Assembly (NCBI GenBank): GCA_964644605.1
Contig: CAZXWS010000039.1
Span: forward strand, 1-60,969
Direction of reading: 5' to 3'
Origin: an uncultured Gammaproteobacteria bacterium
GTDB taxonomy: Bacteria; Patescibacteriota; Microgenomatia; UBA1406; GWC2-37-13
Length of the DNA: 60,969 nucleotides
Under the pieces are notes generated by a model, which did not search any database, was not told where the DNA came from, and was given only the letters and a program-made list of their open reading frames with translations. The translations under genes and the position numbers were made by a program. Of the stretch, positions 19,002-28,867 are shown piece by piece (the stretch's first letter is position 1; each line of letters begins with the position of its first letter).

Positions 19002-19029
19002 GTAGGGACAGGTCGCGACCTGTCCCTAC
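19002..19029. repeat. GTAG-headed perfect 28-nt palindrome (REP-like): GTAGGGACAGGTCGCGACCTGTCCCTAC
   Basis: Read directly. It lies ~90 nt downstream of the secA stop. No T-run follows. Confidence 0.65.
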
Positions 19030-19060
19030 GCGAAATATTCGTTTATAATAACTGGTATCT

Positions 19061-19486
19061 ATGTGCAGTATGTGTCAAGATTTACCAGAATACAAAAAGT
19101 ATTTGATAAAAAAATATAAATACTGGAGAGTCGAGTTGTATTCAAACCAGAGTTATTTAGGTCGGTGCGTCATTATTCTAAATCGTCATTTAGAAGATTT
19201 TTTTGATATTACTCACGATGAGTTAAATGAGCTGTATGCTATAACTAAAAAACTTCGAGATGCTATAAAATCTTCATTTCACCCTGATTTATTTAATTAT
19301 GCAAGTCTTGGTAATGATACAAGACATGTGCATTTACATGTTGTCCCGCGGTATAGCCGAATAGTTACATTTCACGGTCATAAATTTGAAGATAAAAAGT
19401 GGGGTTATAACTACAGCGGGTATGATAAAACCTTTAAACTGAGTGATGATCTGATACATATTATAATAAGAGAAATTCAGATATAA
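19061..19486 (+). CDS. HIT (histidine triad) family protein
   Basis: HVHLHVVPR histidine triad. Confidence 0.8.
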   Translation: MCSMCQDLPEYKKYLIKKYKYWRVELYSNQSYLGRCVIILNRHLEDFFDITHDELNELYAITKKLRDAIKSSFHPDLFNYASLGNDTRHVHLHVVPRYSRIVTFHGHKFEDKKWGYNYSGYDKTFKLSDDLIHIIIREIQI

Positions 19487-19493
19487 TACTTAA

Positions 19494-20426
19494 GTGGAAA
19501 AAAATGTTTTGGAAGTACATAATCTCGTAAAAAATTACGGCTCTTTTCGAGCTGTTGATGGTATCTCATTTAACGTGCCAAAGGGGAAAATAATTGGTCT
19601 TCTCGGACCAAATGGCGCAGGAAAAACTACTACTATTCACATGCTACTCGGAATTACACTCTTGAGTTCCGGTAAAATAACGTATTTTGGAAAGGATTTC
19701 AATAAACATCGTGAGTATTGCTTACAAAAAATAAATTTTACATCCTCTTTTAACACCCTGCAGGGGAGGTGTACTGTCTGGGAAAATCTGATTGTTTTTG
19801 CAGGTCTTTATCGTATAAACAACCCGAATAATAAAATCAGAGAGCTGATACGATATTTTGAAGTTGAAGATTTGTCAAATCACCAATATTGGGGTTTATC
19901 TGCAGGCCAACGTTCCCGAGTTAATATAATAAAATCATTACTCAACGATCCCGAACTTATTCTTATGGATGAGCCAACAGCTTCACTTGATCCGGATATT
20001 GCAGACAAAATGCTGACTCTCATTGAAGATATGCGAAAAACAAAAGGTATTTCTGTGCTTTATACAAGTCATGATATGAACGAAGTCACGAGAATTTGTG
20101 ATGAGGTAATATTTTTGTCGCATGGCAAAATTGTAGCTCAGGATACTCCCCATAATCTGACTAAACGCATTCCTAATGCGCATGTTATATTACAATTTGA
20201 CTCTACAAAAAATTTACTGCATCTGTATTTACAGGAGAAACAATACAAGCATGATTTTGTAGACAATTCAACGGTACGAGTGTTGGTTGAAGAAAAGGAT
20301 ATACCTAAATTAATATTTGGCATAAGTAAAACTGGTGTGTATATTACAAATATTGAGTTGAGAAAAGCTGATTTAGAAGATGTATTTTTACAAATTGTAA
20401 GAGGAGAAAATCATGGCCATCACTAG
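19494..20426 (+). CDS. ABC transporter ATP-binding protein (ABC-2 exporter type)
   Basis: Walker A GPNGAGKTT, signature LSAGQRSR, Walker B LILMDEPT. Confidence 0.85.
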   Translation: MEKNVLEVHNLVKNYGSFRAVDGISFNVPKGKIIGLLGPNGAGKTTTIHMLLGITLLSSGKITYFGKDFNKHREYCLQKINFTSSFNTLQGRCTVWENLIVFAGLYRINNPNNKIRELIRYFEVEDLSNHQYWGLSAGQRSRVNIIKSLLNDPELILMDEPTASLDPDIADKMLTLIEDMRKTKGISVLYTSHDMNEVTRICDEVIFLSHGKIVAQDTPHNLTKRIPNAHVILQFDSTKNLLHLYLQEKQYKHDFVDNSTVRVLVEEKDIPKLIFGISKTGVYITNIELRKADLEDVFLQIVRGENHGHH

Positions 20427-21201
20427 AATTATAGCGATAATTAGGCAGGAAATTTATATCACACGTCATTCATTTGAAGTAATAGTTGATTTGGGGCTTT
20501 TTCCACTCATTAATTTTATTGTTTTTGGTTTTGTATCTTTGTGGTTAGCTGGTCCTGAGCATAAGGTAAATGCCTATTATTTGTTAATTGGCACAATACT
20601 GTGGAATATTGTCTATATTAATCAATACTCTATTGCCGTAGGTAGTTTATGGAATATATGGTCGCATAACTTAAGCAATATGTTTGTGGCACCACTCACA
20701 ATAAAAGAATATATCATTGCCATCATGTTATCAGGTATACTAAAAACTACTGCGGTATTTATATTCACTTCCATCATTGCAATATTTATCTTCCATTACT
20801 CCATTTTTTCGCTCGGCATTATTAATTTATTAATCTATTTTCTCAATTTGACTTTGTTCGCATGGATACTGGGGTTAATTGTGCTTGGTTTAATATTCCG
20901 TTTTGGCACACGAATACAAGCTTTAGCCTGGAGTATTGCTTATTTGGCACAACCTCTCACAGCTGCATTCTATCCAGTTACTATACTGCCACCATTTCTG
21001 CGAACTATTTCTTATCTCCTACCAGCAACGTATGTATTTGAAGGAGCCCGTAAGAATGTGTTTAATCAATCAGTGCAATGGGAATCAGTGGAAAAAGCCT
21101 TTATTCTAAATGCTATATATTTGGTTGTCGCGGTATTACTTTTTAAAATATTATTAAAACAATCAAAAGAATCAGGACAATTTGCCCGAAATGACGGATA
21201 A
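20413..21201 (+). CDS. ABC-2 type transporter permease
   Basis: 262-aa polytopic membrane protein that overlaps the ATPase gene. Confidence 0.7.
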   Translation: MAITRIIAIIRQEIYITRHSFEVIVDLGLFPLINFIVFGFVSLWLAGPEHKVNAYYLLIGTILWNIVYINQYSIAVGSLWNIWSHNLSNMFVAPLTIKEYIIAIMLSGILKTTAVFIFTSIIAIFIFHYSIFSLGIINLLIYFLNLTLFAWILGLIVLGLIFRFGTRIQALAWSIAYLAQPLTAAFYPVTILPPFLRTISYLLPATYVFEGARKNVFNQSVQWESVEKAFILNAIYLVVAVLLFKILLKQSKESGQFARNDG

Positions 21202-21208
21202 TACCAGT

Positions 21209-21859
21209 ATGCATAAAAAAATATATTTTGTGAGACATGGTCAGACAAATTCTCTCGATAATAAAATCGTCCAATCAGCAAGTTCAGAACTTTCTGCTAC
21301 TGGTATACTACAATCTGAAGAAGCTGCAAAAAAACTTAAAAATTTACCTATCGATTTAATTCTATCCAGTGATTTTAAAAGAGGTATCCAAACTGCGGAG
21401 ATAATCAATAAGCTTTTAAATAAAGAAGTTATATTTACAGAATATCTCCGTGAGGCAAAGAGACCAACTGAAATTGAAGGTAAACCAAAACTGGATCCTT
21501 TTGTCGTGGATGTAAGAAAACAAATGTATGATAAGTTTGATGATGATTGGCACTACTCTGATGAGGATAATTACTATGATTTAAAAAAGCGCACTGAAAA
21601 TTTTTTTGAATATATTTCTACCAGGTCTGAGATAAATATACTTGCTGTTACGCACTATATAATTTTACGAACGATCGTAGGGTTTGCTGTTTTTGGAAAA
21701 AATTTTAACCCTCAATTGTTGAAACGAATGATATATTATATGCGTTTAGATAATACAGGAATTACTGTGATAGAAAAAAGAGAGACAGATGACGATTGGC
21801 AACTTGTTACATGGAATGATTATGCTCATTTAGGTGAAGAAATGCGAACATATTATTAA
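21209..21859 (+). CDS. Histidine phosphatase (phosphoglycerate-mutase-like) family protein
   Basis: IYFVRHGQT catalytic motif. I prefer the start at ATG 21209 over the overlapping track start at 21182. Confidence 0.75.
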   Translation: MHKKIYFVRHGQTNSLDNKIVQSASSELSATGILQSEEAAKKLKNLPIDLILSSDFKRGIQTAEIINKLLNKEVIFTEYLREAKRPTEIEGKPKLDPFVVDVRKQMYDKFDDDWHYSDEDNYYDLKKRTENFFEYISTRSEINILAVTHYIILRTIVGFAVFGKNFNPQLLKRMIYYMRLDNTGITVIEKRETDDDWQLVTWNDYAHLGEEMRTYY

Positions 21860-21885
21860 TTTAAATATTTACAAATTTTAATTTT

Positions 21886-23268
21886 ATGACTCTTAAATCA
21901 GTAAATCCTCATGATCAAAGTGTGGTTGGTGAAGTGGAAGTCTCTACACAGCAAGATGTTTTAGATGCTGTTGAGAAGGCACAGATAGCATTTGCAATGT
22001 GGCAATATGTCTCAGTTAACGATCGTATTGAGTATATTAAAAAGTATCGAGAGTACGTGGTTAAACACAAGGAAGAGCTGGCACAGCTTATGACTCAGGA
22101 AATGGGCAAACCATTAATACAATCACAAGAAGATATCGATTGGGAACTTGGATTTATAGATTATTACATAGAAAAAGGTGCAGAAAATTTGGCAGACGAA
22201 GCTGTTTATAAAAAAGAGAAAGACGATTTTAGGGTAGCGTATGAACCTTATGGGGTTTGTGCATGTATCGCACCGTGGAACTTTCCACTTAGTATGTTCA
22301 ACTCCGGTGTACTACCTGCTTTGATAGCGGGAAACACCGTTGTTTTTAAGCCTTCGGAATATACAACACTTAGCCAAAAACGAATGGTCGAATTGTTGCA
22401 GGAAACAGGAATCCCCGAAGGAGTACTAAACATTGTGTATGGTGATGGCAGTGTAGGAGAGATGCTGGCTAAAAGCGATATTGACCTTGTTTGGTTTACT
22501 GGCAGTACGAAAGTTGGACAGGAAATTTATAAAAAATGCGGTGAAAAATTTATAAAAGCTCTGTGTGAACTTGGCGGCAGCAGCCCAGGTATTGTATTTT
22601 CGGATTGTGATATCGATAATGCGGTAGAGACAATTTATTTTGCGCGTTTTTCGAACTGCGGCCAAGTATGCAGCGCCATAAAGCGTTTATTTGTCGAAGA
22701 AAGTATTTATGATAGTTTTGTTCAGAAATTAACGGATCGCGTTAAGTCAATGAAAATTGGCAATCCAATGACGCAAGTGGATATTGGCCCAATGGTTTCA
22801 AAAAAACAACTGGATTTACTGACAGCTCAAGTGGAAAATGCAGTCTCACAAGGAGCAAAGGTAATGATTGGCGGCAAGGAACCAATGGGTGCTGAATATG
22901 GTAAGGGAAATTATTTTGAACCGACTATTTTGACAAATATAAAACCCCACATGCGAGTGATGACTGAAGAAACATTTGGCCCTGTTTTGCCTATTGTGCC
23001 ATTTAGTACAGAAGAAGAAGCGATTAAGCTGGCGAATAACACGCAGTATGGTTTAAGTGCTGATATATTTACTCAGGATTTGGAGAAAGCGGAAAGGGTA
23101 GCTAAAAAAATTAAAAGTGGAGCAGTAGCCATAAATACCGATAGTTACTATAAACCACAGTGCCCGATTGGTGGATATAAGAAAAGCGGGATAGGGAGAG
23201 TTTATGGAAAAATTGGAATGCAGGAATTTACACAGGTTAAATTAATTGCAGTGCATAAAAATTCATGA
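21886..23268 (+). CDS. NAD(P)-dependent aldehyde dehydrogenase family protein
   Basis: ELGGSSP, FSNCGQVCSA and EETFGPVLP motifs. Confidence 0.85.
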   Translation: MTLKSVNPHDQSVVGEVEVSTQQDVLDAVEKAQIAFAMWQYVSVNDRIEYIKKYREYVVKHKEELAQLMTQEMGKPLIQSQEDIDWELGFIDYYIEKGAENLADEAVYKKEKDDFRVAYEPYGVCACIAPWNFPLSMFNSGVLPALIAGNTVVFKPSEYTTLSQKRMVELLQETGIPEGVLNIVYGDGSVGEMLAKSDIDLVWFTGSTKVGQEIYKKCGEKFIKALCELGGSSPGIVFSDCDIDNAVETIYFARFSNCGQVCSAIKRLFVEESIYDSFVQKLTDRVKSMKIGNPMTQVDIGPMVSKKQLDLLTAQVENAVSQGAKVMIGGKEPMGAEYGKGNYFEPTILTNIKPHMRVMTEETFGPVLPIVPFSTEEEAIKLANNTQYGLSADIFTQDLEKAERVAKKIKSGAVAINTDSYYKPQCPIGGYKKSGIGRVYGKIGMQEFTQVKLIAVHKNS

Positions 23269-23290
23269 TCTGAGACGCGATTAATCGTCT

Positions 23291-23962
23291 CTACCTATCG
23301 TACCATTCCTCGTGTAATTGTATAGCATCGGCATTGATCATGAGATATTGCGCAAAGCCGTGGTTTATAAAGCCGGAATTCGCGTATCTACTCGCTGCAT
23401 CGTATTCTCCATAATGAGTATGGCCGAAAAAGGTAATCTCATTTTGTTTTTGAGTTTTTGCCAAACGTTTTTTTATCACTTCATTGGCTTTTTTATACCT
23501 CATATCTAAAAATTTTTTACCATATTGTTTTAGCATTCGTTCATTAAATGCATGTAGCGATCGTAATATTGGAATGGTAGGTTTTGGTATTCGTTTTAAG
23601 TGAAATTGATCGTCAAAAAATGGATACAGTCTATTTCCATGTTCAAAGTTCATGGTCATTCCATTTTCTGTAAGTGAATGTTTTGTAGTTTGAATATCAC
23701 AGAATAAATATACTCGTTGATCACTCAGTATGCTTTTATCGTGATTACCGTTTACGTAAATCGCATGTTTGGATTTAAGTAATGGAAATAAATCGTTCCA
23801 TGGAGATTCGACGAATCGCGAGAAAGTGGTAAGGTATCCATCCCAAAAATCACCATTAATAATAACAGTATCGGATTTTTTAATAATATCGTTTAGGTAT
23901 TTATATTTTATTGGTATAAATTTTTCGGTAAGGTGCGTGTCAGAAATTACGAGAGTTTTCAT
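23291..23962 (-). CDS. Calcineurin-like metallophosphoesterase
   Basis: ISDTHL, NGDFWDG, VNGNHD and GHTH motifs. I prefer the start at ATG 23962. Confidence 0.75.
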   Translation of the reverse strand: MKTLVISDTHLTEKFIPIKYKYLNDIIKKSDTVIINGDFWDGYLTTFSRFVESPWNDLFPLLKSKHAIYVNGNHDKSILSDQRVYLFCDIQTTKHSLTENGMTMNFEHGNRLYPFFDDQFHLKRIPKPTIPILRSLHAFNERMLKQYGKKFLDMRYKKANEVIKKRLAKTQKQNEITFFGHTHYGEYDAASRYANSGFINHGFAQYLMINADAIQLHEEWYDR

Positions 23963-24012
23963 GGAAAAAGTATAACAAATGCAATAAAGCATGCGCTATA
24001 ATCAGTGAAGTT

Positions 24013-24717
24013 ATGATAATTGAAAAAAAAGCTTGGCCGGAATATTTTGAGGAAATTCTGAAAGGTAATAAATCGTATGATTTACGTTTAAACGATTTTG
24101 AGTGCAAAGTAGGTGACACACTGCTTTTGAAAGAATGGGATCCGAAATCACAGAAATATACTGGAAGAGAAATTGAAAAGAAGATCACGTATATAGGTGA
24201 AACAAACAAGTTTACTTTTTGGTCCAAAGCAGATGCTGATAAATATGGATACAAAATAATGTCATTTCAGAATGATAAAAAAAACAGGAAAGGAGTCGAC
24301 TTTATTGGTGTAACTGTGTGTCTTTACTGCCATGATGGTAAAGGAAATATGTTACTGCAAAAACGAAGCATAGACTGTCGCGATGAAAAAGGACGATGGG
24401 ATGCTGGCGGAGGTTCAATGAATTTTGGAGAAACTTTTGAAGAAGCTGCTAAAAGGGAATTGAAAGAAGAGTACAGCATTGAGAATGCGGAAATACATTT
24501 TTGTGGTGCGATGAATGTTTTGAGAAATAATGGAAGTGAAGATACTCACTGGGTCGCGTTAGTATTTGCAGCTAAAGTAGACCCATCTTTTGTGATGAAT
24601 GGTGATCCTGATAAAATTGATGAAATCGGTTGGTTTCCAATGAATAATCTACCTTCTCCATTGCATTCGATGTATACAAAACAATTTGAAATGGTTAAAA
24701 AGTTCGTAAATTTATAA
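24013..24717 (+). CDS. DUF3850 (ASCH/PUA-like) domain fused to a NUDIX hydrolase domain
   Basis: N-terminal WPEYFEEILKGNKSYDLRLNDFECKVGDTLLLKEWD...YTGREIEKKITYI. C-terminal Nudix box GGGSMNFGETFEEAAKRELKEEYSI. Confidence 0.7.
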   Translation: MIIEKKAWPEYFEEILKGNKSYDLRLNDFECKVGDTLLLKEWDPKSQKYTGREIEKKITYIGETNKFTFWSKADADKYGYKIMSFQNDKKNRKGVDFIGVTVCLYCHDGKGNMLLQKRSIDCRDEKGRWDAGGGSMNFGETFEEAAKRELKEEYSIENAEIHFCGAMNVLRNNGSEDTHWVALVFAAKVDPSFVMNGDPDKIDEIGWFPMNNLPSPLHSMYTKQFEMVKKFVNL

Positions 24718-24722
24718 TACCT

Positions 24723-25250
24723 GTGAAAGTAATTGTTACTTCAAAAAATCCTGTAAAAATTGAATCGGTTAAGGCGGCTTTCCAAAAAGTTTTTAATAAT
24801 ACTACAATAGAAGTTGATGCATTAGGTGTTCCTTCAGGTGTTAGTAATCAACCTATGTCTGATCAAGAGACTCTTACTGGGGCAATGAACAGATTAAATA
24901 GTGCGATGTCCATAAATTCAAATGCTGACTACTACGTGGCAATAGAAGCAGGAATAAATGATATAGGTGGTGAAATGTATAACTATGCCTGGGTATTAAT
25001 TAAAAACAAAGATAATAAATTAGGTAAATCGAAAACAGACACTTTTGTCATTCCATCTCGTGTAAGAGATCTCATTCTTGAGGGAAAAGAATTGGGAGAA
25101 GCAGACGATATAGTATTTGGACATACAAATTCGAAACAAACCGTAGGGTCAATAGGTATTCTTACAAAAAATCTTATTACTAGAACTAGTTATTATGTTG
25201 AGGCAGTGATTTTAGCTTTAATCCCATTCATGAATTCTGAACTATATTAA
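24723..25250 (+). CDS. Inosine/xanthosine triphosphatase (YjjX/DUF84 non-canonical NTPase)
   Basis: GTG start. VTSKNPVKIESVKAAF...VPSGVSNQP...IEAG pattern of the family. Confidence 0.7.
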   Translation: MKVIVTSKNPVKIESVKAAFQKVFNNTTIEVDALGVPSGVSNQPMSDQETLTGAMNRLNSAMSINSNADYYVAIEAGINDIGGEMYNYAWVLIKNKDNKLGKSKTDTFVIPSRVRDLILEGKELGEADDIVFGHTNSKQTVGSIGILTKNLITRTSYYVEAVILALIPFMNSELY

Positions 25251-25467
25251 GTAACGAGAATAACGAAGTATGCTAGAATACTGAAATAAGTAATTCTGGC
25301 GTGCGCGCACTAAGTTTATCGAATGTGTCCAGAATCAGACGAATTTCTGATACAAATACCGATTCTGGATGCGCGAAAACGTGAGTTGTCGCTTACCAGA
25401 ATGACGAGTTTTTTAGTTGCGTACCTTCTGCCAATAATTATCGAAAATTAAATTATTATAATAAAAT

Positions 25468-25920
25468 ATGGAGAAAAGTACAGTAACTGATTCAGAAGAA
25501 CAAATAGGTCTTTGTGTCATTATTTTGGATAAGGAACATAAGAACGTTTTATTGGGTAAACGACTAAATAACTACCGAGCCGGTACTTACGGCTGCCCAG
25601 GCGGACATTTATATAAAACAGAATCTTTAGAAGACGGCGCGAAACGAGAGCTTGCTGAAGAAACTTCATTAGAGGCTAAATCACTACATTTTGTTGGTGT
25701 TATTCGTGAGTATCAGAAAGACCATAATTATAATTTTATTCACTTCGTTTTTTCTTGCGACGATTATGTAGGGACTCCTCAAAACCTTGAACCGAAGAAA
25801 TGTGCAGGCTGGCATTGGTGTTCCCTAGATACCTTACCAGAAAATCTTATCAAAGGTCATCGTTGGGCCTTAGACATGTATAGGAAAAAATCTTCTACTT
25901 TATGTGACACTATAGACTAA
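25468..25920 (+). CDS. NUDIX hydrolase
   Basis: Nudix box GGHLYKTESLEDGAKRELAEETSL. Confidence 0.8.
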   Translation: MEKSTVTDSEEQIGLCVIILDKEHKNVLLGKRLNNYRAGTYGCPGGHLYKTESLEDGAKRELAEETSLEAKSLHFVGVIREYQKDHNYNFIHFVFSCDDYVGTPQNLEPKKCAGWHWCSLDTLPENLIKGHRWALDMYRKKSSTLCDTID

Positions 25921-25955
25921 TTACTTTAAAAATCCCTCTAGCCAATAATGCGTAT

Positions 25956-28394
25956 ATGTCTTATAATATATATCTGCATGTAGCATATATGGATACACAG
26001 AAAAATAAACAATCAGTATCAGATATAATAACACCCGAATTCTGTAAAAAACTGTTAAACAGCTTGGAGGATTATGCCATTTTTACCACAGATATTAACG
26101 GTATTATACAGTCGTGGTCAAAAGGAGCACAGAAGTTACTTGGTTATTCAGAAAAAGAAGTGATTGGAATGAGTTCTGAGGTTATTTTTACTGATGAGGA
26201 TAGACTAAAAGGGATGTTTACCGAAGAAATGAATACAGCTAAGCTTAAGGGTAAAGCGTTAGATGAGCGTTGGCATCTAAAAAAAGACGGTACTCGATTT
26301 TGGGGAAGTGGATTAGTGTATCAGCTTAAAGATAAAAATAATCAACTGATTGGTCTTACAAAAATACTTCGCGACTTAACACAAAAATACTTGTTTGAGC
26401 AACAGCAGAAGCAGGCATCCATCGAACAAGAGAGAACAAATCAACAGGCTGCACTCATAGAAACTGCTCATGACGCTTTTATAGTACTTGATAATCATAA
26501 TAAAATCCTTTTTTGGAATGAAGGTGCAAGGCAACTGTACGGATGGAAAGTAGAGGAAGCTCTCGGTAAAATCGCATATGAATTATTACATACGCGTTAC
26601 CCAATTCCATTAAGAAAGTTAATCGCTACCCTTAGGAAAGAAAAAAAATGGGAGGGAGAACTCATTCATATTACAAAATCAGGTCAGCAAATAGTTGTAG
26701 ATAGTAGATGGGAACTATTAAAAAGCGGTAATTCTATACGATATTTAGAAGTAAACAGAGATATAACTGAACGTAAAAGATATGAAAATAATCTTAAGTT
26801 CTTATCTGAAGCAAGTAAAGTACTCTCAAGTTCATTAGACTATAAAAAAACATTAGAATCTGTAACAAAATTAGCGGTGCCGTATATAGCTGATTGGTGT
26901 TCAGTGGATATGATTGATGAAAATGGTCAGGTGCAGCTCATATCGGTAGCACATAAAGATCCAAAAAAAGTGAAGTGGGCGAAAGAACTGAGAAAAACAA
27001 ATCCTGTGGATATGAGTGTTAAACAGGGGCTACCTGAAGTAATACGAAGTTCGAATCCTGAATTCTACCCATATATAACTGATGAAATGTTGGTAAAAGC
27101 TGCTCGGAATAAAAAAGAATTAGATTTGGTTCGTACGATAGGATTTACTTCAGTTATTATCGTTCCTATTTGTAAAGATAATAAATGCGTTGGAGCAATT
27201 ACACTTGTGAATACTGAGTCGCGGCGTCGTTATACTGAAGCAGAGTTTGATATGGCAAAAGAACTGGCCAATAGAGTGTCACTCGCCATTCAGAATGTAA
27301 CGCTCTATGAGAATGCTCAAAAAGAAATTGCTATTCGAAAAGATACAGAAGAAGCACTTATACAAAGTAAAGCACAAATGCAGGAATTATATGATGCTAA
27401 TATTATTGGAGTATTTTATTGTAATGTGAATGGCTTGATTATGAATGCAAATGACGCATTCTTAAACATAATAGGTTATTCGCGAAAAGAGTTGGAGGCG
27501 GGTAATCTTAATTGGATGCGAATTACACCGCCTGAGTACCACACAGAAGATCAGAAAGCTTTAAAAGAATTAGTAACAAAAGGAGTACTCAAACCATGGG
27601 AAAAAGAATACATTCGAAAAGATGGAAGTCAAGTACCGGTAATTGTTGGCGCAACGATGACAAATAAAACTAAAGGCGAAGCCATGGCGTTTGTGCTTGA
27701 TATAACAGAACGTAAAAAGCTGGAACAGCGAAAAGATGAGTTTATTGGCATTGCAAGTCATGAGCTTAAGACGCCCTTAACGAGTATTAAAGGGTATGTG
27801 CAGATACTGGAACGCATAATACAGCAAATGGGTGATCCACGACTGGAACTTTACTTGAAAAAAACAAATACTTATATTGATCGGTTGAATACATTGATTG
27901 CGGATTTATTAGATGTGTCGAAAATTCAGGCAGGAAAGTTGCAGTTAAATTACAGTACGTTTAATATAAAAGAACTTGCTGAAGAGGCAATAGAAGGTAT
28001 CCAACACATGAACTCACATCATAAAATAGTATTACAAGAAGTAACAGATATACAAATTAATGGTGACCGGCAGCGCTTAGAGCAGGTATTTACAAATTTA
28101 TTAACGAATGCAATTAAATATTCCCCTACTGCGCCTAAAGTATATGTATCCGTTGAAAAAAAAGGGAGCAATGTGCAAGTAAAAGTACAGGATTTTGGTG
28201 TGGGTATTGCGAAAAAAGAGCAACAGAAATTATTTCAACGTTTTTATCGTGTAGAATCCACTGCAAAAAAGTTTTCGGGACTGGGTATAGGACTGTATAT
28301 ATCCTGTGAAATTGTTGAGAGACATGGTGGTAAAATGTGGGTAGAAAGCGATGAAGGCAAAGGTTCGATCTTTTATTTTACATTACCTATATGA
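25956..28394 (+). CDS. Multi-sensor (PAS-PAS-GAF-PAS) histidine kinase
   Basis: Repeated PAS-like segments ending DITERK, a GAF-like middle, H-box ASHELKTPLTSI and the ATPase motifs NLLTNAIKYS, DFGVGI and GLGIGL. The start could instead be ATG 25989. Confidence 0.85.
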   Translation: MSYNIYLHVAYMDTQKNKQSVSDIITPEFCKKLLNSLEDYAIFTTDINGIIQSWSKGAQKLLGYSEKEVIGMSSEVIFTDEDRLKGMFTEEMNTAKLKGKALDERWHLKKDGTRFWGSGLVYQLKDKNNQLIGLTKILRDLTQKYLFEQQQKQASIEQERTNQQAALIETAHDAFIVLDNHNKILFWNEGARQLYGWKVEEALGKIAYELLHTRYPIPLRKLIATLRKEKKWEGELIHITKSGQQIVVDSRWELLKSGNSIRYLEVNRDITERKRYENNLKFLSEASKVLSSSLDYKKTLESVTKLAVPYIADWCSVDMIDENGQVQLISVAHKDPKKVKWAKELRKTNPVDMSVKQGLPEVIRSSNPEFYPYITDEMLVKAARNKKELDLVRTIGFTSVIIVPICKDNKCVGAITLVNTESRRRYTEAEFDMAKELANRVSLAIQNVTLYENAQKEIAIRKDTEEALIQSKAQMQELYDANIIGVFYCNVNGLIMNANDAFLNIIGYSRKELEAGNLNWMRITPPEYHTEDQKALKELVTKGVLKPWEKEYIRKDGSQVPVIVGATMTNKTKGEAMAFVLDITERKKLEQRKDEFIGIASHELKTPLTSIKGYVQILERIIQQMGDPRLELYLKKTNTYIDRLNTLIADLLDVSKIQAGKLQLNYSTFNIKELAEEAIEGIQHMNSHHKIVLQEVTDIQINGDRQRLEQVFTNLLTNAIKYSPTAPKVYVSVEKKGSNVQVKVQDFGVGIAKKEQQKLFQRFYRVESTAKKFSGLGIGLYISCEIVERHGGKMWVESDEGKGSIFYFTLPI

Positions 28395-28774
28395 AAAAAG
28401 TACTCATATGCGATGATGATGATGGTATCGTAGATGTCGCACAAATTATTTTACAGGAGCGCGGATATACTGTGCAAACTCTCACACAGTCAGGTGATAT
28501 TTTTGATAAAGTAAAAAGTTTTGATCCTAATCTAATACTGCTAGATTTATGGATGCCCGAAATGAACGGTGAGGAAATCACACGAAGTTTAAAAGCAAAT
28601 ACAAATACACAACATATTCCAATCGTTATAGTATCCGCAAGTAGAGATACCGAAAAAGTAGCCAGAAAAGTTGGTGCTGACGATTTTATTTCGAAACCAT
28701 TTGATATTATTGAATTAGAAGAAAAAGTCGCTCGAAATATTGAAAAAGGTTTCTCTAACAATCTAACTCACTAA
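28391..28774 (+). CDS. Single-domain response regulator (REC only)
   Basis: CDDDD acidic pocket, LILLDLWMPEMNG phospho-acceptor region, SKP. Its ATGA start overlaps the kinase stop. Confidence 0.85.
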   Translation: MKKVLICDDDDGIVDVAQIILQERGYTVQTLTQSGDIFDKVKSFDPNLILLDLWMPEMNGEEITRSLKANTNTQHIPIVIVSASRDTEKVARKVGADDFISKPFDIIELEEKVARNIEKGFSNNLTH

Positions 28775-28867
28775 TACTATTGTACTGTAACTTACTTAAT
28801 TCTTACAACTTTATCACTGCACCTTTTCTTTCTCAGATAAAAATATAGTGTTAATAATTATAGTAGT

